A stretch of DNA of 64,000 nt from Octopus sinensis (Eukaryota): the NCBI RefSeq assembly GCF_006345805.1, contig NC_043014.1:20460001-20524000 (forward strand). The letters run 5' to 3'. Below are positions 24,214 to 38,676 of this stretch, piece after piece. The notes under the pieces are model-generated. The model ran no database searches. It was given only the letters and a program-made list of their open reading frames with translations, and was not told the DNA's origin. The position numbers were made by a program, and so were the translations under genes. Numbering within the stretch: position 1 is the stretch's first letter; each line of letters starts with the position of its first letter.

Positions 24214-25281
24214 GGCTGGACATGACAGAGGCTGGACGTGTTCTTCGCTACTCTGACCTGTCAGCAGCTAACCCAGCAGGACAACTGAAAAAACAACTGT
24301 AAAAAACTGGAAGATCTACTGTTTTCTGTGAGTAATTTGAATTTCCTTCAAAATAAGTTAAGGAACTAACATATCAACAGCTTTGGACATACAGACGAAC
24401 ACCTAACAAACATTTAGAAACATAAATATCTCCAATTTTACGTGAACATTTTGTCTTCCCTTCTTCCTTGACTATCAGAATATGTAAAAATGCCTTTTAT
24501 TGTAACAACACACTTAAAACACAACGGTAATAAATTATGGAAGTAAGCACCTGCTCATATATATATATATACTGCACAGCTACAAAAACTGTAAACCACA
24601 GCAAAGCTTTTAAATATAAAAGAAAAATTCCCCAAAAAAAGAAATTCAGAAATTCAAAAATCCAACAAGTTGAACCTGCTCTTCCTCCTACTGTTCCCAA
24701 AGACTGGAATATCTACAATTCCCTGTAAATATTTTGAATCTCCCTCAAAAAAAAAGTTAGGAAACTTACAATACCTACAGCTATCGAACACACAAACAGT
24801 CAGTTTAAAATACAAGAGAAAAAAATCTTTGATATCTACAACTAATGTGCGACAACGTATCCTTTCCTCTCTCCTTGAGTATTCGAAAATGTAAATATCA
24901 TCATCCTTTTTATTCTAAGAACGCTACCATTTCTCTCTGTGCAGTCATACAAAAGACCATATTTAGTAAACCTTAGAACATTACTAGCCACAACTTGTTT
25001 GCTTTTATTTTTGACTCTCCCTGGGCATTCGAAAATGTAAACATTCTTCTTCCCATTGCAAAAGTCTTAGTGTATTTTCCAAATGGACAGACAAACGAAC
25101 ATCTCAAAAATACTTAAAAACTTTAATATATATACCCAAATACGTAAACACAACTTTTATTGCAACAGCACAATTGAATTCATAAATTAAAAAAATCATC
25201 GACGTGAATATCAGATAATATGTGTGTGTGTGTGTATGTGTATACATACACATATACATATGTGTGTGGTATATAATATAT

Positions 25282-25330
<49 letters not shown>

Positions 25331-26618
25331 TTGTTTTCCTACCATTAATTACAAATATAACAAGTTGAATTGCTTTTCAAGGCAGCGCTGGCAGTAATAA
25401 ACATGTTTGACCTCTCCTGACCCAACGGTCCTTTGTCTCTATGGCTGACCTCTCCACCATCTGCTGAATCTATTTATAGACATATTGAACATGACCTCTT
25501 TACCAAATGTTAACCAACTATTCCCTTAAACAATGTAGTGGTGGTGATGGTGATAATGATAAAAATAATAATAATAGGCTACTGCTGCTAATACTTAATA
25601 CTACTAGTGCTGCAATACTACTACTGCTACTATTATGATAGCACAGGAATCTGAGGCCCAACTGCCACCCTTGCCGCTGACCCTTCTACGTTACTGTTGC
25701 TGTGGCTGCAGCAACTGCTGCGACTACTCATAAAACAATAAAAATATTGATGATGATGATAATGATGGTGATAATGATGATGGTAGTGATAATAATAATA
25801 ATAACTGACAGATCCTTTTTTTTCGTATTCTATTCTCATTTTTTCGAACTAACACAGGCAGAGTGAACCTTTCATAAGTTTAAAAAACACCACAAAAAAA
25901 ACTATGTTCGGAGATAAATCTATCAACAAAAATAATTCAGACGAATACAGATCTGCTAGCCTTAAGAAGCTGCGCTACGAACAATGTTTACGTGCAGAGA
26001 ACCCTAAACTGACAGATCCGTCTCCTAATGTAAGAGTCGAAGCTCGTCATGCTTCACTGTTAACAAAACAAATTACAAACTGCAATGGTCATCGAGCGGA
26101 TTACAAAAGACCACGTACCCGAAAATTGAACCAAATTCTGATTGAAAAATCAGCTACTGGTTCAAGTCTTCCCGACACACAGGAGCTGGACGTACCCCAC
26201 AACCGGAATATTCCAACAGATGGCCATCCATGCTCGTCAACAAAGAAAAAGAAAAAGAAGAAAAATGGTCTATGGAAGATAATAAAGAAGTTCTTGCGGC
26301 CTTCTACCATGCCATATATTTCCCCACAGATAAATCTAACACTATACAAACCTACATAAACTGGAGACAGAAACACCCTGATGTAAGACCCTACATAGAC
26401 AGTAACAAACTTGCCAACGTCAAAAGAAACATTATATAAAAAAAATTACTGATTGAAGTAGAGATTGACCAAATTAGACAAGCAGTAACGGATAAAATGA
26501 ACGAAGCTGCAGCTAAAGAAAATAATACAGAGGAAATAATTATAGACCAGCCCAGAGCTGATAAAAACGCAGTAAGGATTGAAAGAGTTAGTATAAGTGA
26601 TAGGCAATGTGAAACTTT

Positions 26619-27227
26619 TTGTCTGTAAGTATGAGATCATGGAGAACCACACTAACTTTGAACAGTGACAATGAATCTCTAAATGCTGGTGATGTAAAAA
26701 TTTCATGTGGCATTTTCCAGAGTGACTCACTATCACCACTCCTCTTTTGTTTAGCCTTAATACCTCTCTCAAAATTGCTCAATGACGCGCAGTACGGATA
26801 TAAAATGTTCGATAAAAATATAAATCATCTAATTTACATGGATGATTTAAAGCTCTTTGCAAAAAATTACCAACAACTTAAGGGCTTACTAGCGATTGTT
26901 AAACAATTGAGTGATGGCATCAGAATGCAACTTGGCCTTGATAAATGTGCAAAAGCTACCTTTATCAAAGGAAAAATGACAGAAACATCTAACGTTAACC
27001 TTGACCAGCAGAATGTCATAAAAGAATTAGACCCAACGGAGAGCTACAAATACCTAGGGGTAATTGAAGGGGACGGAATAAGACATTCAGGGATGAAGGA
27101 AAGGATCAAGAGAGAATGTTATCGCAGAGTAAGAGCAATACTCAAGACAGCTGAATGCGAGAAACAGGATCGAAGCGATCACTGCTTTAACCATACCAGT
27201 CGTGACTTACAGTTTCAATATCGTTAA
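26619..27227 (+). pseudogene. Reverse transcriptase fragment (domains 4-7)
   Basis: GIFQSDSLSPLLFCLAL, HLIYMDDLKLFAK, GLDKCAK, YKYLG. Confidence 0.92.
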
Positions 27228-27574
27228 CTAGTCAATTACTGAAATATGTAATCTTGACAGAAAAATACGAAAACTGTTGACAATGCATAAAATGCACCAC
27301 CCTAAGGCAGATATAGAACGACTTTATCTGCCAAGAAAAGAGGGAGGCCGTGGACTTTTACAACTGGCAATAACAATGAAGATTGCTACAACTGGCCTAG
27401 ACACCTACCTGAAAAACCTCTGAGGACTGGATGTTAAAACTTGTCTCAAACCATAAAAACAAGAAAGCATCATACTCAGTAACAAAACAGGCAAAGGAAT
27501 ATCTAAGTGAATTCTGAATACAACAAATTTCGAAATTAGACATACAAGAAACAAGCACAGAAAAAGCTAAATGC

Positions 27575-28384
27575 ATGAAAACCCGTGCTAAAACTGCTGC
27601 CTTAGATATTCTGAATGATAAATGGCAAGAAAAACCTCTCTATGGCAAATACCCAAAGAGAGCGAATAATGCAGATGTTGACAAAGCCCTGACCCATCAA
27701 TGGCTAATGGCCTCTGGCTTAAAATCTGAAACAGGGTTTCTCATAGCAGCTGAAGATCAATGCCTACCAACAAAGAACTACCAGGCCAACATATTGAAGA
27801 ACGGCAGTAGCCCAACATGTTGTGTATGTCAACAAAAAAATGAAACCATTGATCATGTTGTCTCCAAATGCAGTCTTCTAGCCCCTACAGAGTATCTCAA
27901 CAGGCATGATAGAGCTGCACAATATATTCACTGTGTAATCTGCAAAAACCTGGATTTGCTCCATGAAAAGAACTGGTGGGAACACAAACCACCTCCAGTG
28001 CTTGAAAATGACCACATCTCACTCGTCTGGAACTTCCCCATTCAAACTGACAGAAAGATAGATGCAAATAGGCCAGACATCATATTGAAAGACTTCAAAC
28101 AAAGAACATGCCTCCTCATTTATATGACTGTCACAATCGATATCAACGTATCTGTCAAGACCTACCGAAAACTGAGCAAATATAAAGATCTTGAAATAGA
28201 AATCAGCAAAATGTGGAACCTGAAGACTAAAACAATACCTGTTGTCATAGGTGCCCTGGAAATGATAGCAAAAGGGGCTGATCGCTACCTAACTCAGATA
28301 CCAGGAAACCCCAAAATGGCAGAAATTCAAAAGATAGTGCTCATGGGAACTGCTCATATCCTACGCAAAATACTTTCTATGTAA
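27575..28384 (+). pseudogene. CCHC knuckle plus restriction-like endonuclease C-terminus
   Basis: CCVCQQKNETIDHVVSKC, RHD, NRPDII, KLSKYKDLEIEI, PVVIGAL, GTAHILRKILSM*. Confidence 0.92.
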
Positions 28385-28574
28385 TCTCAAGTTTTAAAAC
28401 AAACATCATTTTCGTTTGGTTTTTTAGACATTCACTAATACAACACTAAATACAAAACTAAATATATGGCACACTAGGCAAAACAACAACACGAACTTCC
28501 AACCTGTTGTCTCTTGAGGTGTCTGGGTAGACTTGGAGCCAACTTGTACAAATATAAAGCAAAAGTCAAACATA

Positions 28575-28635
<61 letters not shown>

Positions 28636-28637
<2 letters not shown>

Positions 28638-28878
28638 AGAAACAATTCCTATTAGGCATGATAAAAAATATTCAAACAAATACATAACAAAACACCAGGA
28701 CTTACAAATATATATAACATACAGAAAATTGCACTACTGGGCACTGCACACATCCTACGCAAATCACTTTCAATACAGTAACCAAAAGAGCATCACAGCA
28801 AACCATAACACATACCCAAGGCACACAGAGCCGCGCTCGGTATTGAAATGAAAGCACGCTATAAAAATAAAACTAATG
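28636..28878 (+). mobile_element. Short 3' end of another R4/Dong subfamily between (TAA)n tracts
   Basis: YNIQKIALLGTAHILRK; same 3' UTR as 46177-46350. Confidence 0.85.
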
Positions 28879-28892
28879 AATAATAATAATAA

Positions 28893-28951
<59 letters not shown>

Positions 28952-29543
28952 TAATAATAATAATTTACACCGTTAAGGTATTACAAAAAGATTGATGACA
29001 GTGCATAACGATACAATACACGATGATGTGAGATTACATGTAGATGTGTAAAAAGAAAAGGGAAAAAATCTCACACAATGAGTAATTCTCCAAAATTGAA
29101 GACTTCCTAGAACTGTTCGTGGAAAGCCCCACAAAACCACGATCACCCTGACCACTAGACCAAGTGCCTTCTCCCCGTCTTCCTCTCACAATTTACAAGT
29201 CTTTGTTCAGAGCAGTCACGTTCAATCGGCCGGTCGCGATGTGTATTCGATTATATGAACCCGCACTCGACTGGTCCTTCATTGTATCAACCCTTAGAGG
29301 GGGTGAAAAGCAAAGTCAATCTCATCAGCGTTTGAACTCAGAACGAAAAGATTCATAAGAAATGGCCCTAAGCATATTTTTTCTGCCACTTTAATAGTAA
29401 TAATTTGTTTCATGTGCACAGAATCATCAGAAAAGTATTATAGTTGAAGAGAACAGATAGCATGATGTTGCAGGCTGCATGCTGCAAGCCCTCTACTCAT
29501 GCAAGACTCCATGATTTCCAACAAAATCTGAGTTAAAAGAAGG

Positions 29544-29604
<61 letters not shown>

Positions 29605-29606
29605 TG

Positions 29607-29669
<63 letters not shown>

Positions 29670-30548
29670 GCTTCTAACTTGGGTACAAGTCTTCAAACTT
29701 TTATTTTGCTTTGGAAGAGGGGAAACCGGGCGCTTCAATTGATCTCAGTGAGTGACTGTTATTGGACTCTGAAAAATATAATGCAAAGTTAGCATTAGCC
29801 AGACTCGAACTCAGAAACTATAAAGACTTCAAACTAAACGTTGCAATCCAGGAGCTCAATGCTGTAGCTTAACCTGCTAGACATAGCAGCCAGATTCCTT
29901 CAAATCATACCCTATCAACTTAGAGCAGGAATAACACATTGGAGAACCCGGTCTGAGATAAACATATGGGACTGTCAGAATGCCTTTGATCATAGGTCAA
30001 CTTTGTTTATTCAAGATTAACCTGGGGCTAACTGACAAGTATGCATTTCCTTCGCACTCTGTTACTTTATCCTTCCGTTTCTTTATCTTTCTTTCTCTCT
30101 CTTACACTTTCACTCTCCATGTTTCTCTCTCCCATTCTCTGTCCCTCTCTCCCCCATACTTCTCTCTCTCTCACTCTCTCCTTCTTTCTCTCTTTGCTAT
30201 TCTCTTACTGGTTTACAGCAGATTATGCCTATCTGAATGCTTTTTTTTATCAAATGGTTAATTTCCTCATTGTCATACAGAGACACAACTCGACACACAG
30301 TGTTTGAACGATTTTATAATATATTTGCCAGAAGGATGTATAATGAATGAAACGTTGCAAGTAAAGAATTTTTTAAAAAAGCAGTTTAAAATAATTTTAG
30401 TTGTGATTGGCAATAATCGCTATATCGATTTTACAACAAAAGCTACTTTTTTCTTTATTCTTTTGGGGAATTCTATGAATTTCTAAAAATATTTCAAAAA
30501 CAGTTATCAACAGAAATAGCTACTGCTACTAACATAATAATAATAATG

Positions 30549-30608
<60 letters not shown>

Positions 30609-30611
<3 letters not shown>

Positions 30612-31760
30612 CTGAAGAACGTTCAACATGTTAAGGCGCTATAATATTGCTCTGAAACCAACCCGATCATATTAGGTATAAAACAACAAATGAAACAAAA
30701 AAAAAAAACACTGACAAAATGTTCAGCCATAACTGAATAAGTAATATAAAAAATTATTCTTATTTGCCACCAGTAAATAATGTATTACAAATGTTTACAA
30801 TATGCAACATTCTCATAACACATGTAACACGATCACCAGAGTATGATTCAGTTTAACGACAAAAACTGCCTCTGTACTCACCATAAAACACAAGAAATGG
30901 AGAATAATCCAAATAGTACCCGTATTATTCATCGCATGTATAATAATCTGGATCAAACTACTCCAACACCAGAGGTGAGTGGATCGGTTCACTATAAGAC
31001 TTATGATAATCTAAATAAAGAGTGAGAATTTACTCAAGTTTTGCAAATAAAGCCGAAAGTGAGAAAAATCATAAATGAATGTAGGTGGACTATGTTTCTC
31101 TTCTACGTGCTTATTGTACACCAGCACTCTACCCACAAAGCGAAGATACGATGGATATTCGTATAAAGTTTGAAAGAAAAATAAACCAGATCTAGATATA
31201 TTGTTGAGCCCCTCCAAACTAGATAAGTTTAAAAGAAACAAAATGTCAGAAACCGAACTAACACAATAAAATGAAAAATTCATTATGGAAACACTAATAA
31301 TGGTCAGAGAATACCTAACAACAATATAAGAACCTAGAATGAATTATACGGACGCAGAATTAACAAGTGCAGTACGAAATAAATAAATAACGAAGCGCGA
31401 CAAACCTAACGCCTACGACTGCACAATAATGACTAAGAAGTACTAAACTAAAACTGCACAAACAAAAACATAAATGGAAAGAATTGGAAGCAGTTAGGAA
31501 ATTAGGAAATCGATTTATCAGACTAAACAGACGACACTGTATCTCTAAAAGAAATGGAGAAACTACAATAATCGGAAACAGAAATAACCCGAATGTGGGA
31601 CCTGAAAATAGAAACGAGCCCTATGATAATAGTGACTTTAGGTGTAATCAAGATATATGCGGACAAATTGGCGAAACCCCATAACTTACGAATGTGGACG
31701 CTATGACGAATTGAGGAACCTGTAGATTCAAGATCATCCTCATAAGCAGTCAATTTCCTA
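30609..31760 (+). mobile_element. Decayed R4/Dong element: N-terminal domain joined to the RLE end; approximate bounds
   Basis: Frameshifted ..WT..LLRAY..LYPQSEDT motif, then ETEITRMWDLKIETSPMIIVTLGVIK; follows (TAA)n at 30535-30608. Confidence 0.65.
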
Positions 31761-32396
31761 TACAGAAGCATATACTAGGGAAATTCCATCTACTCTTGCT
31801 ATTTTCGCAACTCTCATAAACCTCGAAAAAATTCACTTAGAAACCAGACCTTTGTCTCAACCTCATCTTTTTCATATGACACTGGAAGTCAACCAGGACT
31901 CTACCAAATTGGAAAGTGACTGTCCACAGACATTTCTATTTTGTCTATCACAAAATCCCTCTCACTAGCGTGAAAGAGAAAAAAACTACCTTCTCTGAAC
32001 GATGGACTCGGTTGACAGCCGGTTCATTTCACATACAATATGTAGTTGTTCAACATAACTGCACAAGTTAGCAGACGCTGAAGGAGTCCATGCAGAATAG
32101 TTTCATCGGTCTGCATGCATCTCTGGCAGCCCAGCCTAACGGCACTTCTGTGCCTGCATGCATAAACTCAAACTGGAAGTGGCTCTGGTGGCGCTGCCAG
32201 CCCAAGGACTTCTGAAAGTTATCGACAATAGTCCCCGATCATTGAACGTTTCCGTCAGTGCCCGGATTCTTTTCAGAAAAGATTTTCACATTTTCCCATT
32301 ACCAATCATTTTTAGATTGGTTGCTGGTGTAGTACTTCCACTAATGGTACAGTGGGTAAGAACCCCTAATGAAACGCTAAACATCAGGCACTGGAC

Positions 32397-32442
<46 letters not shown>

Positions 32443-32740
32443 TGTGTGTGTGTGCGTGTGTATATCTGTCTCTCAAACAACCTCTCTCTCTCTCTCTCCC
32501 TAACACATATGTACATGTATATATACATATAGAGGTAGGTACGTATATATATGTATGTATATATGCATATGTTTTATCTATTAATTTGAGTATATATATA
32601 TATATATATATCTTTATATAATAATAATATAATGACAACAAAAGAATGAGACCGCGATATTATATAAATAAGGATTTATATATTATATATACATTATATA
32701 TATACATTTATATATATATATACATATAATATATACATTT

Positions 32741-32840
32741 NNNNNNNNNNNNNNNNNNNNNNNNNNNNNNNNNNNNNNNNNNNNNNNNNNNNNNNNNNNN
32801 NNNNNNNNNNNNNNNNNNNNNNNNNNNNNNNNNNNNNNNN
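32741..32840. other. Assembly gap (100 N, likely unsized)
   Basis: Exactly 100 N. Confidence 0.99.
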
Positions 32841-33412
32841 CAATCAACTTTGCCTTTCATTATTTCATGGTCGATAAAACAATCTACCAGTGAAGTACTA
32901 TGGTCGATAGTATCGACTGCTGGCATTGTGCCTAAATTAGAAACTATTTTCATTATTGTGGTTGTTATTTGCCTGTAGTAGCATTTAGTCGTGTTTTCCG
33001 TCACTTTGACCAAGACTTATTTCAAACATCACCAACAAAAATGTTCTCATTGAAGTATTCGCTAATAAGGATTTCGCGTATTCTTGCGTGTCTGCTTCCA
33101 ATACCCATTCTTAGACAAAACTACCATTGTCTTCACAGACCTTATATTTCCTTTATTTTTGATACTTTGACAACATCTTCACGTCGAAATGTCTATTAGA
33201 CCATCACGCTATGCTCCTCAAAGCAAAAACAAAAACTGAAAAAAAAAATGAAAACAATACCGCAAAACAAAACCGACAGAAAAGATACGCCATAGAGTAA
33301 ACACTTTTAACTTAAAGGGAAACTAATGAACATTGAACAGGAGAAAGAAAAGCACAAATTATTTTGAGCATATCAACGATTATTTTGAATGACAACGTAA
33401 ATAATAATAATG

Positions 33413-33484
<72 letters not shown>

Positions 33485-33630
33485 GCTATAATATTAGCAA
33501 TAATGATTTCTTTATAATTGTCTCGACCCTGTTGTATACGAACAATATATCGCTGAACCTAGGGATTTCAATGACTGCAATGTGGCAGCATTCACATTTT
33601 CAAAAAGTGAAAGTATTGGATTTAAACTCA

Positions 33631-33686
<56 letters not shown>

Positions 33687-34700
33687 GTACATGCACACGC
33701 ATTGATACACATGCATATACGCCCATACATTCAAACACCACGCAATTCTCGGTCTCCATAATGTTCATGTTGCAACTGATGTTTCGTCTCCGCTTTTCTA
33801 TTTTTGCTGTTGATTTTATTATGGATATTTTAGCGTTGATGTTCTTGCTGTCAAATTTGATGTTATTTGTTTTTGTTACTATCGTCAGTTCTTAAGTGAT
33901 TGGTTGCTGTTGTTATTGTCGTTCTGGTAGTATTTACTGATGCTCATTATTGTTTTAGTTGAATTTACTCTCTTGTTGCTGGTGGTAGTTGTTTGTGTTG
34001 TTATTGTCGTCATAGTTGAAGATGTTCATTGCAGCTGTTGTTGTCAATGCTGATGGTGGTGGTGGTGGTGGTGGTGGTGGTAGTGGTGGGGTTAATGGTA
34101 ATTTTTTGCTTGATACTGTTTTGTTTGACATCGACTCAGGAAATAGCAGGGTTTCTCTGACGTCATCGCCGTCATCGCCGTAGCTAAGGGTGAACTATGT
34201 GGGGGCAGGAGCGAAATGAGTGATCAACATGGTGTTGGTCCGACTGACACACATTTATTCATTGCCTCTTCCTTTTCTTTCCTGCTTTTCTTTTTTAAAA
34301 ATTGTAAATAACTAATATGAGTCATGTGTCAGTCACATATCGATATTGGTGAGTCCCTTTGGTGTTGATAAACGTTAGCACTGTCACATTATATTTGGCA
34401 TGAGGAAACAGACAGTCTGGTCACGAGGAGATCATAGTTTGTAGCTGACGTGAACATCTCGCCTGTACGATAATCGAGGCTTTGTATCACTGATCAGGAT
34501 AGTTACTCCAAACTTAAATAGCCACGCACCACCCACCTAGACATGATTTGGAGCCTAAGAATGTTATAGTAGTTTTACCCTCGATCGGGTCTTAACTGGT
34601 TAACTATGATAAACCGTAGTCCAGCCTTGAACTTCTCGATTTTTCTCTTAACAAGTGCATTTTGAAGGAAAATCGGTTGAAATCAAACAAACACCTAAAC

Positions 34701-35033
34701 CAGGGGTTTCAACCACTTTTATTTATGAACTCATTTGATTATTATTTTATTCTGATGGAGCCCCCTAGCTCTTTCATAATTAAAGACTAGTTTTATAGAA
34801 ATTTCTTCCAAAATTTATCTTCTTTTTGTTTCTTTTTTCACACAAAACCTGTGTAGGTCGAACTATGTAAAAGGTTAGAAAAAGAAACGTCGCTTTTTCT
34901 TGAAATACATACCAATCCATACAGCTGAAGCAAATTTTTTCAGGGACCTTTAAAATACTATTGTGGATCCCCAATTTACTATTTTGTTACGGGGACCCTC
35001 AGGGGCCATATGGGCCCCAGTTGAGAACCACCG
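34701..35033. mobile_element. hAT (Charlie-like) MITE, 333 bp
   Basis: Left CAGGGGTTTCAACC, right end reverse-complements to CGGTGGTTCTCAACT; 8-bp flanks ACCTAAAC and ACATAGAT (5 of 8 identical, central TA). Confidence 0.7.
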
Positions 35034-35084
35034 ACATAGATGATGCCTCATTAAATCCCTGAAGCCACAGTCTAACTATATATA

Positions 35085-36560
35085 TAGGTACAGCAATCAG
35101 AAATAGTGTTTCATTCTATACGTATAAGCCACAATGAGGTACAGTCCATCTAGATTTAAGAAGGTTCCGCTGTGAATCATAGTTTACCTAATTGTGAGTA
35201 TGTACCATTGAACAGAATCCCGGCCTAACTATAAGTAGGTACCGTATTAAAGTATGTGTAAACGAGTAACATCTATCCAGCTGTAAATTGGTATCCGTAA
35301 AAATGTGTTTTCTCCCTAGCTGTATCATAGTCGTAAATTAATACACCTAGTCATCACGGTGAGCTACAATTCTCCGAGCCGGGTGTGTGTACCATAATGA
35401 GGTACAGATCCCTTAAACGTAAAGAGATACCCTATGTGAGTACAGTCGAAGTAACTGCAAGTCTGCGCCACAATATGACAGTGTCCACTTCGCTGAAAAT
35501 AAATACAATGAGGTACAGTTTAATAACGTGTAAGGAAATATCTTAAACAAATACTCCGCACTTAGATATCAGTAACTACTACATTAATGTGGGAAACCAT
35601 CAAAGAACAGTCCAGGTGAATGTAAGTAGACAGCACATTAACATACATATATCTACAAGTATGTACATTAAAATGCATATATCTACAAGTATATACAAAG
35701 TGTGTAAGTTACAGATTACTCAAATATGCGTAATGAAGTGAGGTGCCACTGTCATTAATCCCTACAGTATGCTACTGCCAACACAGTTGCAGATGGCATT
35801 ATAGTTATGAAGTAAGTAGGTACCACAGTGAAATAAGGCCATATATTTTATAAACTGTGCTGACTATCTTTCCGTTAGGTATAGTGCACCTTCCTACATG
35901 AAATGTATTCTACAAACATAAGTAGATACAACAGCATGGAGTCCATCCACAGTAATTAGTTACCAGCATGGAGTATAATCCACAAAGCTTTCAGAAAGCA
36001 CCACAGTAGGGAAGGCCACTTGTCTTTCAGTACATACCAATCTGATGTACAGACTGTCTATAATATTTAAGTACCACAAAGCAATCTAGCGATAATCAGT
36101 ATAGCGATCGGTAGGTACCACATTATTCCACGTCTGTAGGTGACAGAGGGCAGCATAGTCCGCCTAATCATTTATAGGTACCGCAACGCAATACAGTCCA
36201 CAAAGATGTTACTAGGTACCATGGTGTAGTCTATTACACTTAGCTCTCAATAGGTATGTAGTATAGACAGTCCCACCCCATCTGTCCGTTGGTAGCATAG
36301 TGTACTATGGTTCATCGACAATATGTAGGTGCGTCAGAGTAAGTATAGTCTATCAAGCTTTCATTAAGCATTCAATGGGATCCATCTAACTAGAAATAAG
36401 TGCTAGTCTGCTTAGCTGTCTGTAGGTAACACAGTGTAAAACAATCCACCCAGCTCCCACTATGTACCTACATTGCAGCATAATCTATATAACTGTTATG
36501 TGGTACCACAGTGTGTAACCGCTTTGCTTGCTCTCAGTAGGTACCATACTATAAAAATCA
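35085..36560 (+). repeat. Highly decayed tandem array, period about 38 bp
   Basis: TAGGTAC-like motif at 36137, 36175, 36213, 36251, 36290, 36326 and 36423, 36463, 36501, 36538, often with AGTCC/AGTCT 15-20 nt downstream. Confidence 0.7.
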
Positions 36561-37400
36561 GTCTATTTAAGTGCAACCCTAACCCTAACGCAATAGACGT
36601 ATGATGAACATTGGTGATCACTCAGACTTCTTTTATTCAAATATAATGAACCTACGAATTATCCAACGCGTGCTTTCTTTTTGGAAAAATTGGAGGAACG
36701 GTGGTAGGCCGTTTGAGGTAGACTTGAGTTTGATTATTAAGGTTTCCACAGTGGTCCTAAGACTACTCTGGTCCTAATGTCGTATCATTTGGTGGAGGTG
36801 TCAGACGTGCACTGAATTTTAGCTGAGGAGAATAAAGTTGGCTGAAACAAGTGCATTACTGCCCTTACTTAGATTCCATTACTGACAGGAATTCGGAAAC
36901 TATAGGATTAACTTTAATATTTTATATCATCAGAAAAGTCGAAGACAATCTAATTACATGTGAACATGTTAATATAGGTATACACTGCACGTGAGCAAAT
37001 GCGTAGGGGACGGAATATGTACGTGTTTACATGTTGATTGAAAAAGCAATACACTTGAATATATATATGTACACACCGACAGAACCTTTATGAAAATAAG
37101 CGAAATTTTGATTGTTTGACTGTAGAATAGAGTAGGGATAATATGGATGCCTTCATGTTGCCAACAAGTCTTCTGATGATAAAATACATTAGAATATTCA
37201 GTACTATTAAAAAGTATTTCATCTCTCTCTCCTCTTTCTCTCTATCCCTTTCTTACTCCCTTCCCCCCTCTCTCTTTCTCTGAGGCAAAGTGTTTCGTCT
37301 CCGAAACGTTAGACTTTCTTCCTCACGATAAACTAATGTATTCCCCTTTGCTTATTTTTGTATGCATTAACTTACAAATACATAGCTAGCTATGCATGTG

Positions 37401-37487
<87 letters not shown>

Positions 37488-38218
37488 ATGTCTGTCTGTC
37501 TGTCTGTCTATCTGTTCATCTATCTGTCTATTTGTCTATCAGTTAGTCTATGTATCAATGTGCAAGCCTATTTGTTTGCCTCCTTGACACATCAGTCTAT
37601 TTTCCTATATAATGCAAACGTGAATATATCCAAACATGCATACTTACACATGGGTGTATATGCATGTGTAATGTTGTGTTTGTAGTTTTCTTCACTATTT
37701 CCTGTTTGCTTGCCTTTTTCTCCTTGTCTGTGACTATCTGTAAATATATCCATCTTTATCGCTATATCTATCAGTCTGTTTCTTTGAGTGCCGACACAGT
37801 TATTTACCCACCTTTCTACCTATCCCTCTATATGTGTGACAACAGATCTATTTTACTACCTAGCTCTTTATCTACCTGCATGTCTAACCACCACCCACCA
37901 ATCCAAACACCAATCTGTACATCTCGTTGCTCTAGCAGGAACCTTTTAAAGTGATGAAGGAAGATTAACTGTAGATTTATCAACAGCTAGATCAACAGCT
38001 ACATCTGACAGTTATATAATAACAATCAAAGATTTCCATCACATAATGGTCTTTGTAAATAAAGTAGATAAACATTTGTGTACACAAAGTCTTTTTCTGG
38101 TTTGTTTCTCCAAAGGCTCGAGAGTTCTACCGCCAGATGGCGTCCGTTGATAGAGTAATAATGTTCAAACATTGCTTTGAATCTAAAATATCCTCTCAAC
38201 TTTAAAGTGGTGTTATCA

Positions 38219-38257
<39 letters not shown>

Positions 38258-38438
38258 AGACATACATGTGTGTGTGTGTGTGTTTGTATATATATCTTAA
38301 GTTACAATATTCAGGAAAGAAACAATATTTATAAGTCACTCCAAACATTTAAATTATTTTCTAGTTTTTTTTCTTTTTAAAAGATTCATCAAAAGGCTAG
38401 ATTATTTGTGTGCGCGTGTGTGTGTGTCTGTGTGTGCG

Positions 38439-38470
<32 letters not shown>

Positions 38471-38676
38471 TGCGTGCGTGTGTGTGCGTGCAGATGCGCG
38501 CCTGTGTTGTGTATGTATGGTTTTAAATAGACTAGGATAACACATCACAAAGAATTATCGATCTCGCAACATATGTATGTGCAAGGATGGAAACATATAA
38601 TTTATGTATGAATAAACGCAGGTGTGGGTGTATGATAAGAAGTTTAATTCATAACCACATGGTTCAGGGTTCAGAA

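Larger units (their letters stand above)
25805..28575 (+). mobile_element. R4/Dong-type LINE with both ends but a large internal deletion before the RT core
   Basis: N-terminal KWSMEDNKEVLAAFYHAIYFP domain joined near 26612 to RT (GIFQSDSLSPLLF, YMDDLKLF), then CCHC and RLE, 3' UTR and (TAA)n. Confidence 0.9.

Noticed and set aside
32240-32265. Minus-strand CTGACGGAAACGTTC
   Set aside because: Stem II is entirely absent; cannot be separated from chance.
35085-36560. Repeat-spacer appearance suggesting a CRISPR array
   Set aside because: The conserved part is only ~7 bp and degenerate, the context is animal DNA, and no cas-like ORF is present.
36575-36589. Interstitial telomere
   Set aside because: Only about 2.5 CCCTAA units; too short to call.
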